Source: Octopus vulgaris (taxonomy: Eukaryota). Taken from it: a stretch of DNA of 64,000 nucleotides. This document shows, in pieces, positions 41,880 through 53,481 of the stretch. The translations under genes were made by a program, and so were the position numbers. The stretch is from NCBI GenBank assembly GCA_951406725.2, contig OX597822.1:54746001-54810000 (forward strand). Reading direction: 5' to 3'. The first letter of the stretch is position 1; each line of letters starts with the position of its first letter. Below the pieces are notes generated by a model. The model worked only from the letters and a program-made list of their open reading frames with translations, was not told the DNA's origin and searched no databases.

Positions 41880-42139
41880 ATGCATGCGTGCGTGCGTGTG
41901 TATTTATGTCTGTGTTTGTTCCCCACCCCCGACTGCTTGACAACCGGTGTTGATGTGCTTAAGTCCCTGTAACTTAGTGATTTGGCAAAAGAGATTGATA
42001 GAATAAGTACCAGGTTTTTAAAAAAAGGCTTCCTCAAAGCAGTGCCCCAGCATGGCACAGTCTAATGACTGAAACACGAAAAGCAAAAAAAAAAAAGGGG
42101 GATTATCTATCAGCATGATGAATTGATTGTAAGATACCA

Positions 42140-42780
42140 GCACCTTAAATATAAATCATTCATACATTCAAACTATACCTAACCTGAAATTTAATCATTA
42201 TGTTCTCACTAATAGACTTCATATCCTAGATTAATGCTTCGAATAAATTCTATACCTTGGTTAATTATAATGCGGTCATACTTAGGAATGGATAATGTAT
42301 CTAAATGTGTTCACACATTCTATTTGTATAAATACTTATCACCCATTAATACCATCATCTATATATAAATTGTTCATGTATGTTAGCTAATTCTCTACCT
42401 TAGTTTACCATAATTTAGTCTTACCTTAATTGATAATGTATTAAAACCATATCCAAACATTCTACTACTTGTATTACCTTGTTAACTATCATTTATTTTC
42501 ATCTTAGTGATAGATAATATACTGGATCATATGCAAACATCCTGCTATTTGTGAAAATACATATCTTTCATTGATGTTAGCGCCTTAAATTTAAATAGTC
42601 CCTATATGTTAACTATACCTAACTTTACACTTAATTATTAAGCTTGCACTAATAAAATTTAACCTTGATGAATACAAATGTATAATTCCCTACCTTGGTT
42701 AATCATAATTTGGTTTCATTTTAGTAATAGATAATGTATTAGACCAAATGTAGACATTCTATTTGGAAAATACTTAAGTG
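42140..42780. repeat. Old degenerate AT-rich minisatellite / segmental repeat
   Basis: taccttggttaa.ataat...gataatgtat...acattct recurs near 42253, 42397, 42475 and 42691; 42140-42340 resembles 42580-42780. Confidence 0.65.
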
Positions 42781-43529
42781 TTTCAGTCTATCATATCTAA
42801 TACCTGAACCTTTTTTTTTTTTCATATTATTGAAGCTGCTGCCCTATAATGGTTTCATGATTCTGTAATTCTACACCTTCACACTTCTATGTACTCCTGT
42901 TTACGTCTATCTTAAACATTATTTCCTTTTTATTACTATATACATAATTCATTAAATCTGCTCTTGCAATCAAGACTAGCACTATGACCCTGCGTTGCCA
43001 GGTCATAGTACTAGTGCATGCATATACAGCTGTGTGCATGCGCACATACATGCAAGTACTCTCCAAATCTCTGACCAATCACATACAGCTAGCTGGCATT
43101 CAATTGGCGTATCAAGTTTCGGGCATTTTGATTGGGTTTTGGATAGAAAATTCACAAAAAAAGTCACTTCTATTGATTTTTTAATGGCTTTGTGGGGTGA
43201 CTGGGGAAATGTAAAGATGTGCACGACCACCCTTGGACGGTTTTGAATGACCATAGAAAGTGCAAGCCTTCTAACTGAAAATCTATGGATTTATATAAAG
43301 GACACACACATTGACATTTTGCCGTTTATATATATAAAGATTAGCTGATTCAATCTAATTGAAGTGTTTACTTTATAGCATTTATATCCATACATTTATA
43401 TATGAACCAGTATGCATGCTTGTTGTATTAATATATGTATATCTATATATTTGTACCTAAATTTATACCTGTGAGTATATATGCATGCATATACATATCT
43501 TTATTCTGATACATACATATATATATATA

Positions 43530-44388
43530 TGAGGTGTAGTCAAAAAGTATCTGACTATGACTTTTTTTTTGCACAAAATAATAATGTGTGAGCAAAATCT
43601 GCATGGGTATTAAGTGGTCATATCCTTTCTGAGCTTGTGCAAAAATTTTCATGTCTGTAGGTTGCACTATTTGCCTACAGTGATGCATTGAGTACAGACG
43701 TAAAGCGTGTGCTGTGCAATTTTTATTTTTGAGTCAAGATGACCAAGTGCATTGAGCAAAGATACTGTATCAGACTCTGCCAAAAACTTGGTGATACGCA
43801 AGCCCAGACTATCAGGAAGATTCAGAAGGCCTTTGGAGATGATGCTGTGGGAAAGAACACAAATGAAGGAGTAGTACAACCAGTTCAAAAATGGCCACAC
43901 CTCAGTGGACAGTGAGCCATGTTGTGGCCAGACAATTAACAAAAATTACTACCTAGAGGTTCTTCGTTGCCTTTGTGAAGGTGTGCAGTGAAAACGACCC
44001 AACCTGTGGGCAGCAAAGAACTGGCAACTCCATCATGACAATACATCCACCCACGTGGCCCAAGCATCTATCATCAAGCAAAACACACCACTTGTTTGTC
44101 AGGCTTCCTACTCTCCAGACATAGCTCCATGTGACTTTTGGCTATTCTCAAAGCTCAAAAAACACTCAAAGGGAGATTTGAGTTAACAGAGGGCATTAAG
44201 CAAAATTCAATGGCACAGCTCTACAGCATCCCAAAAAGTGATTTCCAGAAATATTCCCAGCAGTGGTAGGAATGCTGGCAGAAGTGTGTAGACTCCCAAG
44301 GTGAATACTTTCAAGGAGACTAATGGTGAGTTTTTTAATATTACTTGTTTTTTGGCCAAAGGTCGGATATTTTTTTTACTACACCTCA
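43530..44388 (+). mobile_element. Internally deleted mariner with both TIRs and TA flanks
   Basis: TIR tgaggtgtagtcaaaaagtatctgac and gtcggatatttttttt-actacacctca. N-terminal EQRYCIRLCQKLG..FKNGHTSVD; C-terminal WQLHHDN..YSPDIAPCDFWLFSKLK. Confidence 0.9.
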
Positions 44389-44540
44389 TATATACCTCAC
44401 TATCTGTTTATTTGTATGGAAGTATATTTAAATTTGTATATTAAATAGGCAGGTGTGTATGCATTTATATATGGTCTTTGCATTTATGTATGTCCCTCTA
44501 TGTGTGCATATATATGTATGTATGTATGTATATATATATA

Positions 44541-44591
<51 letters not shown>

Positions 44592-45204
44592 GCCTGCTCG
44601 CTTAGCCAGCGGGGTGGCGTCATTCGAAGGCTAAAAACAATGCGAACGCATTGTGACCAGCAATGTGTAGCAACATCTGATGGTCTGGTCGGTCACGTGA
44701 TATATATATGTGTGTATGTGTTTATGTCTATATGTTGTGTATATAGATGAATATACATATATATGTGTATATATGCATATTTGTGTGCATGAGGGAGTGT
44801 GCAGCTGAAGGTTCCTACACTGGTATCTATCTACTATTACTTGGAAACAGGAGATGGTTTGTGACAAGAAGGGTATCTAACCATAAAAAAATCTGCCTTG
44901 AAAAACTCTGTCCAACCCATGCCAGTATGGAAAAGTGGACACTTAAATAATGATGATGATTCTCTGATTACCTCAGTTACTTTATCCATCTCTCTCTAAA
45001 GAATATACCTACCTTGACCATAGCCAAAATATTCTCCAACAGAAAATTTTTGTGCCCATGTTGCTTGCCTTGAAGACGTCTGATTGAGGTACTCTGCAAC
45101 GTTACATCTCATATACAGCACATGTTTACTTGCCTCTAGTCCAGCAGCTCTTAGCAATTGCCCCACATTTACTCTTCATCACATCTACATAGATTGTTGC
45201 ATCT

Positions 45205-45438
45205 GTGAGGTTTTCTTATTTCTTTATTGCCCAAAAGGGGCTAAACATAGAGGGGACAAACAAGGACATACAAATGGATTAAGTCGATTATATCGCCCCC
45301 AGTGTGTAACTGGTACCTAATTTATCGACCCCGAAAGGATGAAAGGCAAAGTCGACCTCGGCGGAATTTGAACTCAGAACGTAACGGCAGACGAAATACC
45401 ACAAAGCATTTCGCCCGGCGTGCTAACGTTTCTGCCAA
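45205..45438 (-). mobile_element. Young Meta-like SINE
   Basis: Reverse complement of 21185-21414; imperfect flanking duplication tgcat(c/t)tgtgag(g/a)ttttct. Confidence 0.85.
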
Positions 45439-45508
45439 TTTGTGCATTTGTGAGATTTTCTACCTGTTGGAAAGCAACAAGAAACCTATGTCTATGTATG
45501 TATAGATG

Positions 45509-45543
<35 letters not shown>

Positions 45544-45548
45544 GTGTA

Positions 45549-45591
<43 letters not shown>

Positions 45592-45669
45592 TTGTGTGTG
45601 TTATTTATGTATGTACCTACCTACCTATCTACCTAAATATCCCCTCCCACACATTTGCATACATGCACA

Positions 45670-45714
<45 letters not shown>

Positions 45715-46362
45715 ATTCACTTACAGACATAGTCTTTTCTTTCTCCAGGCAAAATGAATATGAATGAACAAAATAAGAGTTGACAGCTACTTATTCGACA
45801 TTTGAAAACGAGTTATAGAATTATTTACTGGATGCTTGAATGAAAATCTTCAGGATCTACTTTTGCTGTCTATTTTCTCTGTGTCATCTTTTATTACCAT
45901 CCGTAACACCCCCTCATCATCATGGTCACCATCATCATCACCACCATCAGCATTACCATCACTATCACCACTATCACCATCAATCAGTGCTCATCTCCAC
46001 TGCTGCTGCTGACTGGACTTAGTTAAGATACATTACATCCTGTTGTACCAGTTTCAGAAGATATAATTATATTCGCATTTCTTTACTCGATGCTTTTACC
46101 TTAAGCAATCAGTGATTGCATGAGAGTTGCCATTTGTGTTCTGGATTGTCCTACGTGTGTCCTACTTCGATATTGGCATCTTGATTCTTAGTTGCAGCTT
46201 TTATACCAACTTCACCATTTCCCACACCATGGCATGGCAATAAATCATTATTCAATGACGTTAGAAGTACACCAAGATTTTGTGATTATCTGAGGAGACA
46301 AGAGAACTAAAATTTAATTTCATCTAATGAAATTGTATACTGTAAATTTGTCTACATGCATG

Positions 46363-46402
<40 letters not shown>

Positions 46403-47650
46403 ATAGATAGATAGATAGATAATAGCTACAGGAATACCTGTGTTAAGATTAAGCTGCAAGTATGGCTATGTGGTAAAGAAGATTGCTCTGTAAACATATG
46501 CTTCTGGGTTTGATCCTAGTATTTGACTTATCGTCTACTATAGCCATGTCCGGGATATGATTTTAAAGTGTACCCAATATGTGGGCCTTGTTCAGGAGTT
46601 TGGGTTCTCTTATCTGAAGTGTGTAGAATCACCTTTTAGCCACAATTGTTCTCAGGTGTTCTCTGATCCAGAGGAGTAACACCTGTCAGGTCCCAGTTAT
46701 GGGTTAATTAGCATGTTAGGGCTTACCTACTTATGCATGTGATAATTGGATTTGGTAGACTCTGTGGAAGAAACCTACATGGTTCAGCAGAGAGGAGGAC
46801 AGCTGCAGCAACACACTGTGGGGTGCAGAGAGAAAGACGAGGCAATTAAGACATTTTGGTCATCCACTGCATCTGTTTCCATCCTCAGTTGTCTTGACTT
46901 GGTTTTGCCACTGGACTGAAGATGATCACAGATGAGAGAGTGAGGTTGATGGTGTGCAACTTTTCTTCACTTTAATCAAAGTTACCATGACTAGATGGTC
47001 CTCTTTGCTCTAACAAATGAACATGCAATAGTACTATAACCATTAATCGGTTGGTGCTTTCTAAGTGAAATTTGGTAGACAGTAACTGTATAGAAGGCCG
47101 TTAAGTGTGTGTGTGTGGAAACTAGCGCTTGTAATCCCTAATGGCTGGAGGACATCCCCCACTTTTTTTTTTAACATGTAGGCGCAGGAGTGGCTGTGTG
47201 GTAAGTAGCTTGCTAACCAATCACATGCTTCCGGGTTCAGTCCCACTGCATGGCATCTTGGGCAAGTGTCTCCTGCTATAGCCTCGGGCCGACCAAAGCC
47301 TTGTGAGTGGATTTGGTAGATGGGAACTGAAAGAAGCCTGTCATATATATGTATATATATATATGTATATATAAATTAATTAATAAGGGTGAGAGAATTA
47401 GATACTAATTTAATAGTATATTTATTCCACACCAAGTGGCCTAGTGCTACGAGAAACCTGGATTATTATAATATTTTATAACATATTATAATATTTTCAC
47501 AAAATAAATATAAGAGAGTGTTCACTATATTGATCACTCTAGCACTAGTTAATCCAAGAGGTTTCAACCACGAAAAATACATGTTTCCCATGAAAGCCGG
47601 TACGACTGTTAGTTCACACGGACAGGGCAAATAAAAAATAACAAAAATAC

Positions 47651-47742
47651 AGATTATCTTGGGACAATTGTTTCGCTATTAATGAATTAAATGTAATATT
47701 ACTTACAGTAATCCATTTGTAGCTCTTCAGCCAAGGCTATCT
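47651..47742 (-). ncRNA. Type I hammerhead ribozyme, copy 1
   Basis: Minus strand reads AGATAGC-CTTGG-CTGAAGA-GCTA..41 nt..TAGC-GAAA-CAATTG-TC^-CCAAG-ATAATCT. Core complete, stems I and II pair, stem III is the palindrome ACAATTGT. Predicted cut between 47663 and 47662. Confidence 0.88.
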
Positions 47743-48185
47743 TGATGAAATCCACTCAATCACACGCCAGATTTTACCATAACGATAATTACGCGTGCGG
47801 TTCAATTGATTACATCGGACGTTATAATTCAAATGCCCCAACCAACAGCGCGCCAAACTCTCACGGAAAAACAAATACAGCATTTAGAAATAAATGCAGC
47901 ATAATTATAATTAATTAATAAGGGTGAGAGAATTAGATACTAATTTAATAGTATATTTATTCCACACCAAGTGGCCTAGTGCTACGAGAAACCTGGATTA
48001 TTATAATATTTTATAACATATTATAATATTTTCACAAAATAAATATAAGAGAGTGTTCACTATATTGATCACTCTAGCACTAGTTAATCCAAGAGGTTTC
48101 AACCACGAAAAATACATGTTTCCCATGAAAGCCGGTACGACTGTTAGTTCACACGGACAGGGCAAATAAAAAATAACAAAAATAC

Positions 48186-48277
48186 AGATTATCTTGGGAC
48201 AATTGTTTCGCTATTAATGAATTAAATGTAATATTACTTACAGTAATCCATTTGTAGCTCTTCAGCCAAGGCTATCT
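48186..48277 (-). ncRNA. Type I hammerhead ribozyme, copy 2
   Basis: Same sequence as copy 1, +535 bp. Confidence 0.88.
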
Positions 48278-48720
48278 TGATGAAATCCACTCAATCACAC
48301 GCCAGATTTTACCATAACGATAATTACGCGTGCGGTTCAATTGATTACATCGGACGTTATAATTCAAATGCCCCAACCAACAGCGCGCCAAACTCTCACG
48401 GAAAAACAAATACAGCATTTAGAAATAAATGCAGCATAATTATAATTAATTAATAAGGGTGAGAGAATTAGATACTAATTTAATAGTATATTTATTCCAC
48501 ACCAAGTGGCCTAGTGCTACGAGAAACCTGGATTATTATAATATTTTATAACATATTATAATATTTTCACAAAATAAATATAAGAGAGTGTTCACTATAT
48601 TGATCACTCTAGCACTAGTTAATCCAAGAGGTTTCAACCACGAAAAATACATGTTTCCCATGAAAGCCGGTACGACTGTTAGTTCACACGGACAGGGCAA
48701 ATAAAAAATAACAAAAATAC

Positions 48721-48812
48721 AGATTATCTTGGGACAATTGTTTCGCTATTAATGAATTAAATGTAATATTACTTACAGTAATCCATTTGTAGCTCTTCAG
48801 CCAAGGCTATCT
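48721..48812 (-). ncRNA. Type I hammerhead ribozyme, copy 3
   Basis: Same sequence as copy 1, +1070 bp. Confidence 0.88.
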
Positions 48813-49255
48813 TGATGAAATCCACTCAATCACACGCCAGATTTTACCATAACGATAATTACGCGTGCGGTTCAATTGATTACATCGGACGTTATAATTC
48901 AAATGCCCCAACCAACAGCGCGCCAAACTCTCACGGAAAAACAAATACAGCATTTAGAAATAAATGCAGCATAATTATAATTAATTAATAAGGGTGAGAG
49001 AATTAGATACTAATTTAATAGTATATTTATTCCACACCAAGTGGCCTAGTGCTACGAGAAACCTGGATTATTATAATATTTTATAACATATTATAATATT
49101 TTCACAAAATAAATATAAGAGAGTGTTCACTATATTGATCACTCTAGCACTAGTTAATCCAAGAGGTTTCAACCACGAAAAATACATGTTTCCCATGAAA
49201 GCCGGTACGACTGTTAGTTCACACGGACAGGGCAAATAAAAAATAACAAAAATAC

Positions 49256-49347
49256 AGATTATCTTGGGACAATTGTTTCGCTATTAATGAATTAAATGTA
49301 ATATTACTTACAGTAATCCATTTGTAGCTCTTCAGCCAAGGCTATCT
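49256..49347 (-). ncRNA. Type I hammerhead ribozyme, copy 4
   Basis: Same sequence as copy 1, +1605 bp. Confidence 0.88.
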
Positions 49348-49790
49348 TGATGAAATCCACTCAATCACACGCCAGATTTTACCATAACGATAATTACGCG
49401 TGCGGTTCAATTGATTACATCGGACGTTATAATTCAAATGCCCCAACCAACAGCGCGCCAAACTCTCACGGAAAAACAAATACAGCATTTAGAAATAAAT
49501 GCAGCATAATTATAATTAATTAATAAGGGTGAGAGAATTAGATACTAATTTAATAGTATATTTATTCCACACCAAGTGGCCTAGTGCTACGAGAAACCTG
49601 GATTATTATAATATTTTATAACATATTATAATATTTTCACAAAATAAATATAAGAGAGTGTTCACTATATTGATCACTCTAGCACTAGTTAATCCAAGAG
49701 GTTTCAACCACGAAAAATACATGTTTCCCATGAAAGCCGGTACGACTGTTAGTTCACACGGACAGGGCAAATAAAAAATAACAAAAATAC

Positions 49791-49882
49791 AGATTATCTT
49801 GGGACAATTGTTTCGCTATTAATGAATTAAATGTAATATTACTTACAGTAATCCATTTGTAGCTCTTCAGCCAAGGCTATCT
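49791..49882 (-). ncRNA. Type I hammerhead ribozyme, copy 5
   Basis: Same sequence as copy 1, +2140 bp. Confidence 0.88.
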
Positions 49883-50325
49883 TGATGAAATCCACTCAAT
49901 CACACGCCAGATTTTACCATAACGATAATTACGCGTGCGGTTCAATTGATTACATCGGACGTTATAATTCAAATGCCCCAACCAACAGCGCGCCAAACTC
50001 TCACGGAAAAACAAATACAGCATTTAGAAATAAATGCAGCATAATTATAATTAATTAATAAGGGTGAGAGAATTAGATACTAATTTAATAGTATATTTAT
50101 TCCACACCAAGTGGCCTAGTGCTACGAGAAACCTGGATTATTATAATATTTTATAACATATTATAATATTTTCACAAAATAAATATAAGAGAGTGTTCAC
50201 TATATTGATCACTCTAGCACTAGTTAATCCAAGAGGTTTCAACCACGAAAAATACATGTTTCCCATGAAAGCCGGTACGACTGTTAGTTCACACGGACAG
50301 GGCAAATAAAAAATAACAAAAATAC

Positions 50326-50417
50326 AGATTATCTTGGGACAATTGTTTCGCTATTAATGAATTAAATGTAATATTACTTACAGTAATCCATTTGTAGCTC
50401 TTCAGCCAAGGCTATCT
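50326..50417 (-). ncRNA. Type I hammerhead ribozyme, copy 6
   Basis: Same sequence as copy 1, +2675 bp. Confidence 0.88.
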
Positions 50418-51016
50418 TGATGAAATCCACTCAATCACACGCCAGATTTTACCATAACGATAATTACGCGTGCGGTTCAATTGATTACATCGGACGTTAT
50501 AATTCAAATGCCCCAACCAACAGCGCGCCAAACTCTCACGGAAAAACAAATACAGCATTTAGAAATAAATGCAGCATAATTATAATTAATTAATAAGGGT
50601 GAGAGAATTAGATACTAATTTAATAGTATATTTATTCCACTATATATATATATATATGTATGTGTGTATATATGTTTGTGTGTCTGTGTTTGTCCCTCTA
50701 GCATTGCATGACAACCGATGCTGGTGTGTTTACGTCCCTGTCACTTAGCAGTTCGGCAAAAGAGACCGATAGAATAAGTACTAGGCTTACAAAGAATAAG
50801 TCCCAGGGTCGATTTGCTCGACTAAAGGTGGTGCTCCCGCATGGCCACAGTCAAATGACTGAAACAAGTAAAAGCGAAAAGAGAGTAGTTACAGTATGAT
50901 ACATTTAACTGAGGTTTTATTGAATTTTTGGAAATGATGCTCTGATTAAAGAAAACACTATGTATTCTGATTATTGAAACTGCTGTGATAATTCCTGGTG
51001 TTTTGTTCTTTTTCAG

Positions 51017-51139
51017 ATGTATTGCCTTATATGGCATTTAGAACTCTGCAGTTTACTTGCTGAAGAAGAGATCCTCACATTACTTGTATCTGCAATATGT
51101 CATGATTTAGAACATTCTGGTTTTAACAATATTTATCAT
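51017..51139 (+). CDS. PDE9A: PDE9-like exon (MYCLIWHLELCSLLAEEEILTLLVSAICHDLEHSGFNNIYH)
   Basis: tttcag acceptor, GTAAGT donor, 41 codons; HDLxHxGxxNxY is the class I PDE signature. Confidence 0.97.
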
Positions 51140-51817
51140 GTAAGTAATTTCTAAGCCAGCTTTTCTGAAATGGTAAAATATGAGATATAAACTCTCTCTC
51201 TCTCTCTCTCTCTGTGTTTTTTATAAAGTTTTTGCAAATGAATGTCTAGTTGGTTTGTATGCATTTGGATATTTTCTCCAGAAACTTATCAAAATGACTG
51301 TTGTTCTTGTTTAATATTATCTGGCCTGTCTTTTCATTTTAAAGATCACTGAATGTAATTCAAGAAAGATTTAGCAGTTATTTAGCTAAAGAAAGATTTA
51401 GCAGTCTCTTATTGGCTACTTGTTGAAAAACATGCAGTTCTACTTGTAAAGTGAATGATAAGAGGCTTCAGGAAATCTTGATGTCCACTCTGCAAGGTCG
51501 TTGATGTTAGGAAGGGCATCTAGCTGTAAAAACCCAGACAAAACAGACAATGAAGGCTAGTGCAGTCCAGCCCCTGTCAAACCATCCCACCCATGATGAT
51601 GGTGATGATGAACTTCAGTTGATGTTATTTTAGATGAAATGGTTTACCCTACTCAAGAATACATTAAAACAGCAGCTGGATGTTATTTCTTCAGCTGTGA
51701 CATAGCATGGTGCTTTAAGCTATACAGCTTGAAGGAAAATGGACTGGGAGGAAAGTGATGGAAAATTTGAGGTTGGTTGGTGGTTGGGAAGGTTGGATTG
51801 GAGAGTAAGAGATTGTG

Positions 51818-52221
51818 GGATCTTTTCGGTTTGAACGGCAGTTTTTTCAAATAATTTCCACGTAACTAAACACTTTTAAACTTCGTATACTAGTAGAATA
51901 TATTTATAAAACATCTTTTTCTCTTGGCTTTATTGAGAAAATTCTATAGTTTGTAAGATATTTGTTGGTTTTTTTCTTCAATTTCTGCAATTTCAACCAA
52001 TCAATGACGTCTATTGAGGTGAAAACATTATGTGCCATATGAATATGTCCCTCGTTTAAGAAACAGATTGGGTTTATTTACATTTCTGAAGAAAAAAAGA
52101 TACCCTTCCCCCTAACCCTAAAACAGATTGAAATGCAATAGATCGATACTAGGGTCATAATTATGGGTGACAATTTCATATGACACCGCTAAGAAAACTG
52201 CCGTTCAAACCGAAAAGATCC
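51818..52221. mobile_element. MULE-type MITE
   Basis: Perfect 28-bp TIR ggatcttttcggtttgaacggcagtttt; 9-bp TSD gagattgtg/aagattgtg (8/9 match). Confidence 0.88.
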
Positions 52222-52565
52222 AAGATTGTGTCTATTGCTATGTGTCTAGAGCCATATTAAGTGATGGCTTGACTAGTGGAAAACCTTGTTTATTAATTGA
52301 AAACATTAGGAATGGTTAATAGACGCTACAGAAACATTTTTATCAAATTCTTTAATCTCTGAACTTATCAACTGGGAGAAATGCCTTTCAAGTTTTCGTT
52401 TTGAGCAAATAAGTTGTTTTGTACATATATACATAGACACACACATAAACAATAATGAAGCATGCACACACACACACACACACACACTCACACACTCTTG
52501 TTTTTGTGCTAAAGTGGCATGCACTCTCCCACTACATAAGAGCAAATTTATCCAAGCATGCACCC

Positions 52566-52611
<46 letters not shown>

Positions 52612-52724
52612 ATTCTCATATTCACAAACCCCTTACATACACACACGCATATACATAAGTGCATACATACATATCATATACACATACATGTATATTCAAA
52701 ATTATGTTCCTCTCTCCACTTCAG

Positions 52725-52879
52725 GTGAATGCCCATACCATTTTGGCACGAACTTATAATGACAGGTCACCTTTGGAGAACCATCACTGTGATGTGGCGT
52801 TCCGAATATTAGAGAAAACTGACTTACTGAAGAACCTATCTCCACAACAGTACACTATTGTCCGCCAAGGTATTATTAG
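52725..52879 (+). CDS. PDE9A: PDE9-like exon (VNAHTILARTYNDRSPLENHHCDVAFRILEKTDLLKNLSPQQYTIVRQGII-R)
   Basis: cttcag acceptor, GTAAGA donor; YNDxSPLENHH motif; ends in phase 2. Confidence 0.97.
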
Positions 52880-53440
52880 GTAAGACACTGCTTTGTTTTG
52901 TTTCTCCACTTTAGTGTTGGTGTTGTTTCAATTCTAGTTCAGCTCTGAATGTGCAAACTCAATCATGACATTTCCATCTTATTTTTGTAAATTGTCTTAG
53001 ACTACATTCTTCAATATGGTGGAAAATGACATGAAAATAAGGAAAATTTGGCTGCTGTTCCCAGTAGATTGAGTGACTATATAGGGCTTCTTGAGTTGGT
53101 TTACTATTGTTACTGTTGCTGTTGTTGTTGTTAGGAGTGCAATGGAGTGGCCAAAACAGTTGGTTACAGGAACAATAAAATCTTATAGTATTTAGTTTTA
53201 TGCATCTAGACTCATAAGTTCAAATTCAACTGGATTCAACTGTATTGGATCAGTAAAATTACTTGGCATTGACTGGAATTAACTCCAGTTAAATCAGTTA
53301 TTTCCCCCTCTGTACCAATGCATTGTTGTTTGTGAAAGGGTCTTCATTATTGCTGTTGTTGTTGTTGTTCTGTACTTTAGCCCTTGGTCAGCCCTGATGC
53401 CTTTTTTAACTACACAGCCATGTCAACATCTGCAATGTCA

Positions 53441-53481
<41 letters not shown>

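Larger units (their letters stand above)
47374..50640 (-). repeat. Tandem array: 6 x 535-bp unit + 57-bp partial unit, hammerhead-containing (retrozyme-like / Penelope pLTR-like)
   Basis: The marker agggtgagagaattag recurs at 47386, 47921, 48456, 48991, 49526, 50061 and 50596. No unit differences seen by eye. Both flanks are (TA)n. Confidence 0.97.
47181..50886 (+). mobile_element. tRNA-derived CORE-like SINE split by the 535-bp array (head 47181-47373, body/tail 50641-50886)
   Basis: Head ggcgcaggagtggctgtgtggtaag...ggttcagtccc...cttgggcaagt. The 3' half resumes after the array and is collinear with the uninterrupted copy at about 19980-20380. Confidence 0.9.

Noticed and set aside
47374-50640. 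CRISPR array or rDNA/5S/histone repeat
   Set aside because: The units are identical with no variable spacers, the context is eukaryotic with no cas genes, and there is no recognisable rRNA or coding sequence.
52110-52122. Telomeric repeat cctaaccctaa
   Set aside because: Only two units, internal to the MULE-type MITE.
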